46,808 bases of DNA from an uncultured Anaerolineales bacterium (GCA_964449185.1 CAYUYN010000002.1:1-46808), one strand, 5' to 3'; positions 27,291 to 36,895 are shown, numbered from the stretch's first letter. Numbers and translations: made by a program. Notes: a model not told the origin generated them from the sequence alone.

Positions 27291-28136
27291 ATGAAAGTTA
27301 TGGTGACGGGCAACCTGGGCTTTGTGGGTGTAGGCATGGTGAGCACCTTGCTGGAACATGGCTATACCGTGGTTGGTTTTGATCGGCAGCCGGCGCCCGA
27401 CCAGCCGGCGGCGCCCAATTTTCGACAGATCACGGGCGATATCACCAACCTCGAAGCCTTGCAAGCCGCCCTGGATGGCTGCACGGCGGTGGTCCACTCG
27501 GCCATCGGCACGCGGGTGCGGGATGTGGACGTGCTGGAGTATGGTTTGGCGCGGGAAAAGATTGACAATACCAATCTGCTGCCGTTCCGGATCAATGTGG
27601 ACGGGACGTACAACCTCTTTGAGGTGGCCCGGCAGATTGGTATCCGCCAGGTGGTAAACATCAGCAGCGCGGCGGTGGTCTACGATCACATTATTGATCG
27701 CAGCGGCCAGATCCAGGACTACCGCGTGACCGCCGACTCGCCGCCCAATTTCCGCAGCCACTACGGCCTGACGAAGTGTCTGCAAGAACAAATCGGCGAC
27801 TTCTATGCGCGTGAGCATGACTTCTCGGTGATTACTCTGCGGCCGTGGTGGGTGGTGGACGGCCCGGCGCACAAGAACCGGCTGGGCGTCGATTTGACGC
27901 TCGATGTGCACCCGCTGAGCCCGGCTGGCCTGTGCTGCCGCTCGGATGTGGGCGAAATGGTGCACCTGGCCTTGCTGCGTCCTGACATCCGGACGGATGT
28001 TTTCTATCCGGTCACCGGACCCAACAGCGAGCGTTATTTCGACATGGCCCATGCCGAGCAAGTCTTGGGTTGGCGCCCGCGCTATCGCTTTGAGGAACTG
28101 GCCCACACCTGGCAGGGGGCGCGCGCGGTCACATGA
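27291..28136 (+). CDS. NAD-dependent epimerase/dehydratase-family extended SDR
   Basis: MKVMVTGNLGFVG (GxxGxxG) and YGLTKCLQE (YxxxK). Shares RPWWVVDG with the next gene. Confidence 0.8.
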   Translation: MKVMVTGNLGFVGVGMVSTLLEHGYTVVGFDRQPAPDQPAAPNFRQITGDITNLEALQAALDGCTAVVHSAIGTRVRDVDVLEYGLAREKIDNTNLLPFRINVDGTYNLFEVARQIGIRQVVNISSAAVVYDHIIDRSGQIQDYRVTADSPPNFRSHYGLTKCLQEQIGDFYAREHDFSVITLRPWWVVDGPAHKNRLGVDLTLDVHPLSPAGLCCRSDVGEMVHLALLRPDIRTDVFYPVTGPNSERYFDMAHAEQVLGWRPRYRFEELAHTWQGARAVT

Positions 28137-28996
28137 AAGTCCTGGTGGCCGGCAGCCGGGGCTACTGCGGTCGGGGCGTGGTGCAGGCGCTGCGCCGGCA
28201 TGGCTGGCCGGTGGTTGGCTTTGATGTCCTGCCGCTCGAAACCCTGCCGGCCGACCCGGAGCATGTGGAGTTCAGCGGAGATATCGGCGATGTGGACTTC
28301 CTGGCGCGGGCTGTGGCCGGCTGTCAGGGTGTGATCAACGCCACCGTTTACCGCCCGAGTGACCCGCGTTTGCGGGCTGCTCTGGCACCAGGCAGCCCGC
28401 TGGAGACGGCCGATATTCTGCAGCAGCGGATCAGTGTGACTGGCACCTTTAACTTGCTGGAGGTGGCCTGGCAGAGCGGCGTGCGCCAGGCGGTGCTGCT
28501 CAGCAGCGGTCGGGTGGTCTGGGACCACTTTGTGCGGCGTGATCAGTCGGCGGTCGCGCCAGGCTGGCAGGCCACCGCTGAGACACCGTTGAACTACAGT
28601 GATGCGTATGGCCTGAGCAAGCACTTGCAGGAACTGGTGGGCCGGCACTTCGCCGCCGTGCACGGGATGGCGGTCACCATTTTCCGCCCGTGGTGGGTGG
28701 TCGATGGCGGCCTCGATCGCAACCGGATGGACGAGCCGCTGGCGGCGGACACGGTGCCGCTCTCGCCGGCGGGCATGGTGGACTACCGCGATCTGGGTGA
28801 GGCCTGCTACCTGGCGCTCTTACACCAACGCCCCGGCGCCGAAATTTACTATCCGGTCGCCGGCCCGGGCTGCGACGACCATTTTGATGCGGCCCGTCTG
28901 CGGCGCGACCTCGGCTGGCGGCCGGTCTATACGTTTGACCACCTGGCTCCACCTAATCTACCCCGGCCGATGTGCTCTGATGGAGGCCTGGTGTGA
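28133..28996 (+). CDS. NAD-dependent epimerase/dehydratase-family extended SDR (tandem paralog)
   Basis: MKVLVAGSRGYCG (GxxGxxG), YGLSKHLQE and RPWWVVDG. ATGA overlap with the previous gene. Confidence 0.8.
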   Translation: MKVLVAGSRGYCGRGVVQALRRHGWPVVGFDVLPLETLPADPEHVEFSGDIGDVDFLARAVAGCQGVINATVYRPSDPRLRAALAPGSPLETADILQQRISVTGTFNLLEVAWQSGVRQAVLLSSGRVVWDHFVRRDQSAVAPGWQATAETPLNYSDAYGLSKHLQELVGRHFAAVHGMAVTIFRPWWVVDGGLDRNRMDEPLAADTVPLSPAGMVDYRDLGEACYLALLHQRPGAEIYYPVAGPGCDDHFDAARLRRDLGWRPVYTFDHLAPPNLPRPMCSDGGLV

Positions 28997-31782
28997 TCAA
29001 GTACGACTACGAATATGATCTGATCAATCAGCCCTACCTCGCGGAGATCATCGACTTCACCAGCGGGTGGACGCACCAATCTTTCCGGGTGCCTACCTCA
29101 GCCCATCAACTCCAGGGCCTACGCATTAAGCTGAGCCGCCTGGGCCACCCGGGCCCGGTGGAAGTGCGGTTGGGACGATCACCGGGCAGCCAGGATCTCG
29201 CCCAGGGAACGATCGACCCGGAGGCCGTGCTGCCCGTGTTCGAACTGTGGACCGGGTTTGATTTTCCCCCAGTGCCCGTTCAGGCTGGCGAGATCTGTTT
29301 CCTCAGCCTGCGCGTCGCCAGCGGCCGGCAGCCGTTGGAGGCCTACCGATTGTACGGGCCGAATATTTACGACCATGTGGGTGGGCCCGAGAGCGTGCAG
29401 CTCCCGTACTTTTGGAATGAAAGTGTTTCGCAGGCCGACGATTTGCCCATCCCGCTGCCGGCCGACTACCGGGGCGCGGCTTACCCGAACTATCCCGACG
29501 GCGAGCGTCGCCGGGCGGATGGCAGCCTGACCTGGAGCCTCTCATTTCAAATCCTTACCGACGGCGATGCGCCGGAGGCCACGTCCGGGGCGCAGCCCTT
29601 TGAGTTTGCCCGGCAACTACTGGCCCCGCCGTTTACCGAGTGGGTGCTCCTGCGCGACGTCGAGGCGCAGCCTGGGCCGCAGACGGTAGTGATTGACGAC
29701 CGCTGGGCCTTGGTCACCGATGCCGCCGAGCCCTCGCCCGTGATGGAACAAGCGCTCATCGAGCTGAGGACCTTCTTCCAACGCGTGCTCGACGTGCCGC
29801 TAGCCGAGGCGGGCGGCACAGCGACTATCCAGCTCGAGATTCGTCCCAAGGCTGACCTTCCGCCGGGCGAGGAAAGTTTTCTGGCCCGCATCCAACCGGA
29901 CGGCATCCGTCTGAGCGCCCGGCATGAACGTGGCCTCTTGCGCGCCGTTTACTGGCTAGAGGATAGCCTGTTGCTGCAGCGGGCGCCCTTCCTCGAACCG
30001 GGTGAGTATCGGGTGCAGGCGCGCTACAGCCCGCGGATGGTGCCCGGCATCTACCCCGCGCCCGCCTATGCTCAACTGTTCGATGGCGAGCTGTGGACGG
30101 CCGGCTACATGTGGCGCCTGTCCCGCGCCGGCTACAACGCCATCTACCTGCAGGCTAACATGGAGGATTTTGTCGAGGCCTCCGCCATCTTCCCGGAGAT
30201 GAATGACCCGCGGGCCGCGGCGGCGATTGAGCGCCTGCGCCGCATCACCGAGCTCGGCGCGGCTTATGGCGTGGACGTGTACGTCGATCTGAAAACCGGC
30301 TACCGCCGGAAGTTTTCGGAGGCGGTCTACGAGCGCCGACCGGAGGTGCGGTCGTATGCGCGCTTTGGCAATTACCCCTGCAGCGGGCAGGAGAGCGTGC
30401 TGGAATTCTATACCGAGACCGTCACGCACGTCTTTCAACGAGCGGAGAAGCTCAAGGGCCTGATCGTGATTTACGACACGGAAGGCTTCTTCTCCTGCTT
30501 TATTCACAACCAGCAGCGCCAGTGCCCGACCTGCAAAGATCAGCCGGTGGTTACGCTGGCCACCCGGCTGTTTGAGGCGCTACTGAAGGGCATCCGCGCG
30601 GGCAATACGGCCGGGGAGCTGATCCTGTGGTCGTATTTCTGCGACGAGCCCTGGAACTATGACGTCATCCGCGCCATGCCCGCGGAGGCCAGCCTGATGG
30701 CTTGCTTTAGCCAGTTTGGCGAGCTCGACCGCTTTGGGGTTCGGGTGCGCACGGACGACTATTCGATCTGCTCGGAAAAACCCAGCGCCTATTTCCTTAA
30801 GCTGCAAGCGCTGGCCAAGGAAAAACAACTGCGCTTTCTGTGCAAAACCGAAGACACGTTTGGCCAGGAATTCGTCTCGACGCCGTACACGCCCTGCCTC
30901 ACCCAGCACCAGCGGCGGTGGGACGAAGTGAGGGCTTCCGGCGTGGACGGCTTCTTATCCCAGTATGTACACTTAGGCTTTATGCCGGGACCGTGCGCGG
31001 ACCTGATGCGGCAAAACGCGCTACTGGTCGAGAATGAGACTCAGCCGCAAACGCTGTCGGCCGAGACCAAGCTGCGCCGCGTGGCGACACTCCACGCCGG
31101 CGCGGCGGCGGCAGAGCTGGTCATGCTGGCCTGGGAGGCGTTTAGCCGCGCGCTGCGTGATTACTTCCCGTACACCTGGGGTGTCTGCCGCTATCCGGGC
31201 CCACTGCAGGCGGCCCCGGCCCAACCGTTCTACCTGGACCCGGCGCGGCGCGTGCCCAGGTCCCGCGCGCGCGGCTATGTCAAGGACTTGAACTGGACGG
31301 GCATTGACCCGCGCTTTCTGGTTGACCCCGACCAGACGTGGGACGCAGCCCTGGTATCCAGGTGTCTGCAGGGTTTCGTCAGCGACTACGCGGAAGGGCT
31401 GCGATGGCTGGAGGCGGCGCGGCGCATCTGCGCGCCGCCCTATCAGGCGGTGGTGGACCAGGCCCTGCGGATTGCCCGCACCCAAAGGCTGCAAGCGCAG
31501 TCCTTGATGCATCTGATCGAATTCTTCCAACTGCGGGAGGCCGACGCAATAGCCGGCTCGGACGCACGCACCGGCGCGCTGATCGCCGTGTGTGAGGCCG
31601 AACGCGAGACTGCCGCTGCCGCCCTGGCCATTTGCCGCCAGGATTCGGTCATCGGTTTTACGTGCGAGGGCGCGGGCAACGTGCGCGGTGGCGCCTTCAC
31701 CCCGGTCGCCATCGAGCAAAAGCTCACGGGGCTGGCCGGGACCCTCGCCGCGCTGTGCCAGCGGCGCCCTGGAAGCCGCTAA
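28993..31782 (+). CDS. Large hypothetical protein (929 aa), family not recognised
   Basis: GTG start overlapping the upstream TGA (GTGA). Long ORF with consistent GC3-rich codon usage. Its central region (GYNAIYLQANMEDF...VDVYVDLKTGY) suggests a beta/alpha barrel. A CPTC motif is present. No signal peptide. Confidence 0.6.
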   Translation: MIKYDYEYDLINQPYLAEIIDFTSGWTHQSFRVPTSAHQLQGLRIKLSRLGHPGPVEVRLGRSPGSQDLAQGTIDPEAVLPVFELWTGFDFPPVPVQAGEICFLSLRVASGRQPLEAYRLYGPNIYDHVGGPESVQLPYFWNESVSQADDLPIPLPADYRGAAYPNYPDGERRRADGSLTWSLSFQILTDGDAPEATSGAQPFEFARQLLAPPFTEWVLLRDVEAQPGPQTVVIDDRWALVTDAAEPSPVMEQALIELRTFFQRVLDVPLAEAGGTATIQLEIRPKADLPPGEESFLARIQPDGIRLSARHERGLLRAVYWLEDSLLLQRAPFLEPGEYRVQARYSPRMVPGIYPAPAYAQLFDGELWTAGYMWRLSRAGYNAIYLQANMEDFVEASAIFPEMNDPRAAAAIERLRRITELGAAYGVDVYVDLKTGYRRKFSEAVYERRPEVRSYARFGNYPCSGQESVLEFYTETVTHVFQRAEKLKGLIVIYDTEGFFSCFIHNQQRQCPTCKDQPVVTLATRLFEALLKGIRAGNTAGELILWSYFCDEPWNYDVIRAMPAEASLMACFSQFGELDRFGVRVRTDDYSICSEKPSAYFLKLQALAKEKQLRFLCKTEDTFGQEFVSTPYTPCLTQHQRRWDEVRASGVDGFLSQYVHLGFMPGPCADLMRQNALLVENETQPQTLSAETKLRRVATLHAGAAAAELVMLAWEAFSRALRDYFPYTWGVCRYPGPLQAAPAQPFYLDPARRVPRSRARGYVKDLNWTGIDPRFLVDPDQTWDAALVSRCLQGFVSDYAEGLRWLEAARRICAPPYQAVVDQALRIARTQRLQAQSLMHLIEFFQLREADAIAGSDARTGALIAVCEAERETAAAALAICRQDSVIGFTCEGAGNVRGGAFTPVAIEQKLTGLAGTLAALCQRRPGSR

Positions 31783-31784
31783 GC

Positions 31785-32690
31785 ATGGCCACCGACCTGA
31801 AGATTGGGCTCGTCGGCCTGGATACCTCGCACTGTGTGGCATTCACCCAAATCCTACAGGGTGAGAATGCCCCTTACCACGTGGCGGGTGGGCGCGTGAC
31901 CGGCCTCTTTGTGGGCGGCTCCCCGGCGCTGGCCGTGTCGCGCGAGCGCGTACAGGGCTTCAGCCAGGAATTACAGACGGGTTATGGTCTCCCGGTCTAC
32001 GACAGCCTGGCCGAGCTGGCGCAGGCCGTGGATGCGCTGATGCTGCTCAGCGGCGATGGCCGTCAGCACCTGGAACAATTCCAGTCCATGGCCGTGGGCA
32101 AGCCGGTGTTTATCGATAAGCCGCTGGCCACTACGACGACCGAGGCCCGCGCCATCCTGCAAGTGGCGGCGCAAACTGGTACTCCGGTGATGTCGTGTTC
32201 CTCGCTGCGCTTCGCGGATGGCCTGGCCGACCCCCTGCCGCCGGGCGAGCAGTTGTTGGCCTGCGAGACCTTTGGGCCGGCAACCGTTCTGCCCGACTTT
32301 CCGGGATTGTTCTGGTACGGTGTCCATGGGATTGACAGCTTGTTTGCCTGGATGGGGGCCGGCTGCCAGCGGGTGCGGTGCCTGACGCACGCGTCCATGG
32401 AGGTCGTGGTGGGTGAGTGGCCAGAGCGCCGCCTGGGCGTGTTCCGGGGCACTCGATTGGCGACGAGCGCCTTTGGCGGCGTGCTGCACACCACCGAGCG
32501 GGTGCATGGCCGCCAGGCGCGCAATGACCCACCATTTTACTTTCGGCTGATGCAGCACGTGCAGGCGTTCTTCCTTAGCCGCCGCTCGCCGGTATCGGCC
32601 GAGGAAATGTTTGCAGTGATTGCCTTTATTGAGGCCGCGCACGAGAGCGCCCAACGGGGTGGGGCGGCGGTTGAGCTGGCTCTGCTATAA
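31785..32690 (+). CDS. Gfo/Idh/MocA-like oxidoreductase (divergent)
   Basis: Trimmed to ATG 31785 (MATDLKIGLVGLDTSHCVAF), 2 nt after the upstream TAA. It has a Rossmann-like N-terminus and FIDKPLA in place of the canonical EKP. Confidence 0.7.
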   Translation: MATDLKIGLVGLDTSHCVAFTQILQGENAPYHVAGGRVTGLFVGGSPALAVSRERVQGFSQELQTGYGLPVYDSLAELAQAVDALMLLSGDGRQHLEQFQSMAVGKPVFIDKPLATTTTEARAILQVAAQTGTPVMSCSSLRFADGLADPLPPGEQLLACETFGPATVLPDFPGLFWYGVHGIDSLFAWMGAGCQRVRCLTHASMEVVVGEWPERRLGVFRGTRLATSAFGGVLHTTERVHGRQARNDPPFYFRLMQHVQAFFLSRRSPVSAEEMFAVIAFIEAAHESAQRGGAAVELALL

Positions 32691-32757
32691 TCGCCACTTC
32701 CCCGTTGTCACAAGACCTTTGGTTCGACGAATTGAAGCATTGGAGAGCAATTCACAG

Positions 32758-34404
32758 ATGAAACGGGCACCCCGTCCGAGGGTGGTGGTGCAGCCGCAAG
32801 TTTACCAGGGCCTGCAACGCGGCATCGACCAGATGGTCGGGGCCGTTCGTCCCACGCTCGGTCCTTTGCCGCGCCTGGTGGCGATCGAAGCGAATCCGCG
32901 CAGCAGAATGCCGGAACTGGTTGACAATGCCGGGCTGATCATGCGCCGGATCGTGGCGCTGCCGGAGCGCGACGCGGACATGGGCGCGATGTTTGTGCGC
33001 CAGATGGTGTGGCAGGTGCACGAGAAGGTCGGCGACGGCGGCGCGACCGCAGCCGTTTTGTTTCATTCCATTTTTCGCCAGGGCATCAAGCATGTCGCTG
33101 CCGGGGGGAATGCGATGCGGCTGCGGACCTTCCTAGAACAGGGGCGGCAGCTCATCCTCGATGCGCTGGAGGTACAGACGCAGCCGGTACGGGGCAAGCA
33201 CCAGCTCGGGCAGGTGGCGGAGACCTTGTGCCAGGACACGGCTTTGGCCCAAATGCTGGGCGAGATCTTCGACATTATTGGCGAATATGGCCGGCTCGAG
33301 GTTCGCCCCGGACGCGGCCGTGCGCTGGAACGTGAATACCTGGAGGGCGCCTACTGGCGCAGCAGCCTGTGCTCGCGTGAGCTGCTTAGCGACCGCACGC
33401 GGATGCGCAGCGAACTGTCGCTGGCCGCGATCTTGATTAGTGACTTGACGCTGGAAGAGCCTCGCGATCTGATCCCGGTACTGGAAGCGGCGCAGCAGGG
33501 CGGGGCGCAGTCCTTGCTGGTGCTGGCCCAAAAAATCTCCCCTAGTGTTATTGCACTGCTGCTGTCGGCGAACCGCGAACCCGACAAATTCCTCGCCGTC
33601 GCGCATCTCACTCCCGGGGGCACGCAAGCGCAGCAGACGGCCTATATGGCTGACCTGGCGGTGCTGACGGGCGGACGCACACTCTGCCGGGCGACCGGAG
33701 AAACCCTGCACAGCTTCCGGCCGGCCGACCTGGGGCACGCTCGCCGCGCTTGGGCCGAGCCGGAGCACTTTGGCATCGTCGGCGGTCGGGCCGATCCCCG
33801 CCACCTGCGGGCGCATGTCGCCCACCTGCGCGCGGCGGCCCAGGCGGACCAGGACGCGTCCGCCCTCAGCGAGCTGCGGCAGCGTATCGGGATGCTGATG
33901 GGCGGCACCGCCAGTCTGATGATCGGCGGGGCGAATGAAACCGAAATCAACACGCGCATCGGGCGCGCCGAACGGGCCGCCCAGGCGCTGCGGGCGATTG
34001 TCCGCGAGGGCGTTGTCCCGGGCGGCGGCGCAGCGCTGCTAGGGTGCCGGGCGCTTTTGAAGCGCCAACTCGCCATAAGTCGTGATCTGGATGAGCGCGC
34101 CGCCTCTCAGATTCTGGGGTCTGCCGTAGAAGTGCCCTTTCGGACGATTCTGGCCAATGCGGGTTATGAGCCTGGCCCGGCCCTGGCGGAGATAGACCGC
34201 GCCAGCGCCGGCCCCGAGGGGCAGTGCGGCTTTGGCTTTGATGTGCGCAGCGGCCGGGTGGTGGACATGTTCGCGGCCGGCATTACCGATGGCGCGGGCG
34301 TGGTCATGGCCGCCGTGCATGGCGCCGTCGCGAGCGCGGCACTGGCGCTTACCACCGACGTTCTGGTACAGCACCGTAAGCCTGAACAGCGGGTGAATCC
34401 ATAG
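32758..34404 (+). CDS. Divergent Cpn60/GroEL-family chaperonin-like protein (no GroES partner in the window, no GGM tail)
   Basis: Trimmed to ATG 32758 (MKRAPRPRVVVQ), with GGAGAG 10 nt upstream. It aligns collinearly with GroEL: TLGP, VGDGGATAAVL (GroEL AGDGTTTATVL), GGTASLMIGGANETE, REGVVPGGGAALL (GroEL [13 protein letters not shown]) and GITDGAGV (GroEL GILDPTKV). Confidence 0.8.
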   Translation: MKRAPRPRVVVQPQVYQGLQRGIDQMVGAVRPTLGPLPRLVAIEANPRSRMPELVDNAGLIMRRIVALPERDADMGAMFVRQMVWQVHEKVGDGGATAAVLFHSIFRQGIKHVAAGGNAMRLRTFLEQGRQLILDALEVQTQPVRGKHQLGQVAETLCQDTALAQMLGEIFDIIGEYGRLEVRPGRGRALEREYLEGAYWRSSLCSRELLSDRTRMRSELSLAAILISDLTLEEPRDLIPVLEAAQQGGAQSLLVLAQKISPSVIALLLSANREPDKFLAVAHLTPGGTQAQQTAYMADLAVLTGGRTLCRATGETLHSFRPADLGHARRAWAEPEHFGIVGGRADPRHLRAHVAHLRAAAQADQDASALSELRQRIGMLMGGTASLMIGGANETEINTRIGRAERAAQALRAIVREGVVPGGGAALLGCRALLKRQLAISRDLDERAASQILGSAVEVPFRTILANAGYEPGPALAEIDRASAGPEGQCGFGFDVRSGRVVDMFAAGITDGAGVVMAAVHGAVASAALALTTDVLVQHRKPEQRVNP

Positions 34405-34410
34405 GCGCGC

Positions 34411-35346
34411 ATGACGACCCAAGCACCGGTGCAGGATGTTCCGTTCGCCATCGCCGCCTCGCCGCACTTCCGGCAAGATGGTGTGGCCTTCTGCGCCCGC
34501 GCCTCCGGACTGTACCGGACAGTCGATGGCGGCCGCACCTGGGTCCCGGCGCTGACCTCGCTGAACTTACGCGAGCCGGTGCCCACGCTGGCCCTGGCTT
34601 TCGCGCCGAGCTTTTCCGCCACGGGCACGGTGTTTGCCGGCACGCCGGGCGCCGTGCTGCGCTCGACGGACGGGGGAGAGACATGGAAGGTGCTGCTGCT
34701 GCCTTTTCGGCCGGCCATGGTGTCGGCGTTGGTTGTTTCGCCGAACTTCGAGGAAGATGGGGTGGTGCTGGCGGGCACGGTCGAGGACGGCGTCTTTCGC
34801 TCGGGTAACCGGGGGGAACATTGGGCGGCCTGGAACTTCGGCTTGCTGGACCTGAGTATACTGTGCCTGGCCCGGTCGCCCCACTATGCGCAGGACGAAA
34901 CCCTGTTGGCCGGCGTGGACAGCGGCATTTTTCGCAGCACTAATGGCGGCCGCGCGTGGCGGGAGGTGCCCTTCCCACTGGAATGGGCACCGGTGATTAG
35001 CCTGGCGCTGGCGCCGAATTATGTGCAGACGGGCATCATTCTGGCCGGCACCGAGGCCAACGGTGTGTTTATCAGCCGCGATGATGGCGAGACTTGGGCG
35101 CCGCTGGGCGCGGGCCAACTGTCAGGGCCCATCAACACGCTTGTGCTCGCGCCGGACTTTCCAAAGCGGCCCCACATTCTGGCCCTGGCCGGGACCAGCC
35201 TACGGATCTCGCGCGACGGGGGCCTAGCGTGGATTGCCTGGAGGAAGCGCGCCGAAGGCCCGTACCTGTGCGTCGCGGCCGGTGAGGGTATTCATGTGGG
35301 CGCCCCACTATTGGTGAGCCTGGACACGGGGATGGCGCGGATCTAA
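34411..35346 (+). CDS. BNR/Asp-box repeat beta-propeller protein (sialidase/Ycf48-like fold), no signal peptide
   Basis: 311 aa with six spaced Asp-box-like motifs: TVDGGRTW, STDGGETW, SGNRGEHW, STNGGRAW, SRDDGETW, SRDGGLAW. It starts 6 nt after the chaperonin-like stop. Confidence 0.75.
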   Translation: MTTQAPVQDVPFAIAASPHFRQDGVAFCARASGLYRTVDGGRTWVPALTSLNLREPVPTLALAFAPSFSATGTVFAGTPGAVLRSTDGGETWKVLLLPFRPAMVSALVVSPNFEEDGVVLAGTVEDGVFRSGNRGEHWAAWNFGLLDLSILCLARSPHYAQDETLLAGVDSGIFRSTNGGRAWREVPFPLEWAPVISLALAPNYVQTGIILAGTEANGVFISRDDGETWAPLGAGQLSGPINTLVLAPDFPKRPHILALAGTSLRISRDGGLAWIAWRKRAEGPYLCVAAGEGIHVGAPLLVSLDTGMARI

Positions 35347-35491
35347 CGGCGCAGGCTATCAAGGATGAGGCAGGGCAACGGGTCACAGACGACTACTTTT
35401 GACAACTAATGTCGCAAGATCACCAATGCAGCTGTGGAGGTACGGTCCAATGCGAATCCCGGCCGCCATAATCGATGATGTTACTGATTAC

Positions 35492-35519
35492 TTGACGACC
35501 GTCAGATCGGGTGTATGAT
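35492..35519 (+). promoter_or_regulatory. Candidate sigma-70-type promoter of the ROK regulator gene
   Basis: TTGACG (35492-35497), a 16-nt spacer, then TATGAT (35514-35519). It lies ~43 nt upstream of ATG 35562 in a locally AT-richer intergenic region. Confidence 0.4.
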
Positions 35520-35561
35520 TTTTTGACCCTACTTATGATTGAACATGGCATAAGTCCATAA

Positions 35562-36869
35562 ATGAAACGCCAAACTGATCGAAGCATCTCCTTTATACGC
35601 GATATCAGCCGGTCCGAAGTGTTGGATGTGGTGCGCCGTGAGCGGCTCATCTCCCGCAGCGAATTGTGCGAGGCAGTCTCGGTCAGTCGCGCCACGGTAT
35701 CGGGCATTGTCGCCGACCTGCTGGCGATCGGTCTGCTCGAAGAAGTCGGCGTGGGTCCCTCCACCGGTGGGCGCCGACCCATCAAGCTTTCGTACCGCCC
35801 GGCCAGCCGCAAGGCCGTGGGCATTGTCATGTTCAACAACCGCATTCAGGCGGCGCTGACGGATATGGAGGGGGAGGCTCTCAATTACTTGGAGATGCCC
35901 CTGGAAGGGCTCTCGGCCGAGGCGATGTTGTCCACCATGAAATCGGCCGCCCAGCAGATTCTGCGCGGGGTTGCGCCGGAGGAGTTGCTGGGCATTGGAG
36001 TGGGGGCGCCGGGCATTGTGGATTTTGAGAGCGGCATCATCGAAATCAGCATCGGCACCCCCTGGCTCGAAGGCGGCATCCCAGTCAAAACGTATCTCGC
36101 CGAGGCGCTCGGGCTGCCGGTCTACGTCGCCAACCGCAGCCGGGTGGCCGCGTTGGGCGAGAATCTCGCTGGCGTGGGGCGCAACGTCTCCAACCTGATC
36201 TACTTCGTCCTTGACCAGGGCATCGTCGCGGGCATCGTGATTAACGGCGATCTGTACCTCGGCTCGGGCTCAGCGGCCGGCGAGATCGGGCACGTCTCCA
36301 TTGAGCCCGACGGGCCTTTGTGCCGCTGCGGCAATCGCGGCTGTTTGCAGATGTATGCTTCTGAAGAGGCCATCCTGGCGCGGGCCCGCGCCGTGGCGCG
36401 CGAGGAAGTGACCAGCCTGCTCTGGCAGAACACCGATGGGCGCGTGGAACGGTTGACGACCGACTTGGTGATTGATGCGGCGCGGCAGGGCGATCCTTCG
36501 GCCCTGGCCGTGATGAACGAGGTCGGCGCGAAGGTGGGGTTCGCCATTTCGACGCTGATCAACTTGTTCGATCCGGAGATGGTGGTGTTGGGCGGGGCGA
36601 TTGGGACGAAGGCGGGCGACTTGCTGCTGAAGCCGGCCACGCGCGAAGCGCAGGTGCGCGCCCTGCCGCGGGCCTTCCAAAAAACTCGCATTGTGACGGG
36701 CACCCTGGGTACGAATGCGATTGCGATTGGGGCCGCCGTGCTGGCGATCAAGAACACGCCGATCAGTATGATTTTCGAAGGACGCCCGGCAACCCTAGAC
36801 GGGCCCCCGGCCGGGAATGGCAGCCTGGCCGCCGAAGCGGCGCCAGTGGCCCCCGTGGCGGTGAGTTAA
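35562..36869 (+). CDS. ROK-family transcriptional regulator (N-terminal winged HTH plus sugar-kinase-like domain)
   Basis: The HTH region is ISRSELCEAVSVSRATVSGIVADLLAIGLLEE. The ROK signature with Zn motif is GEIGHVSIEPDGPLCRCGNRGCLQMYAS. Confidence 0.85.
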   Translation: MKRQTDRSISFIRDISRSEVLDVVRRERLISRSELCEAVSVSRATVSGIVADLLAIGLLEEVGVGPSTGGRRPIKLSYRPASRKAVGIVMFNNRIQAALTDMEGEALNYLEMPLEGLSAEAMLSTMKSAAQQILRGVAPEELLGIGVGAPGIVDFESGIIEISIGTPWLEGGIPVKTYLAEALGLPVYVANRSRVAALGENLAGVGRNVSNLIYFVLDQGIVAGIVINGDLYLGSGSAAGEIGHVSIEPDGPLCRCGNRGCLQMYASEEAILARARAVAREEVTSLLWQNTDGRVERLTTDLVIDAARQGDPSALAVMNEVGAKVGFAISTLINLFDPEMVVLGGAIGTKAGDLLLKPATREAQVRALPRAFQKTRIVTGTLGTNAIAIGAAVLAIKNTPISMIFEGRPATLDGPPAGNGSLAAEAAPVAPVAVS

Positions 36870-36895
36870 GGCCGGCGGGCAGCGGCAGCGGCCGC

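Noticed and set aside
25779-28106. 775-aa minus-strand ORF, one of the longest in the track
   Set aside because: It runs antisense to three plus-strand genes with clear family motifs (enolase-superfamily C-terminus, the 465-aa protein, an epimerase SDR). Its translation is Arg/Ala/Gly/His/Gln-rich with no recognisable motif. This is the typical shadow ORF of a GC-rich genome.
36870-36895. Short GC-rich inverted repeat (GGCCG...CGGCC) between the convergent ROK and YesL-like genes, as a possible bidirectional terminator
   Set aside because: The stem is only ~5 bp with no U-tracts on either strand, which is too weak to report as a feature.
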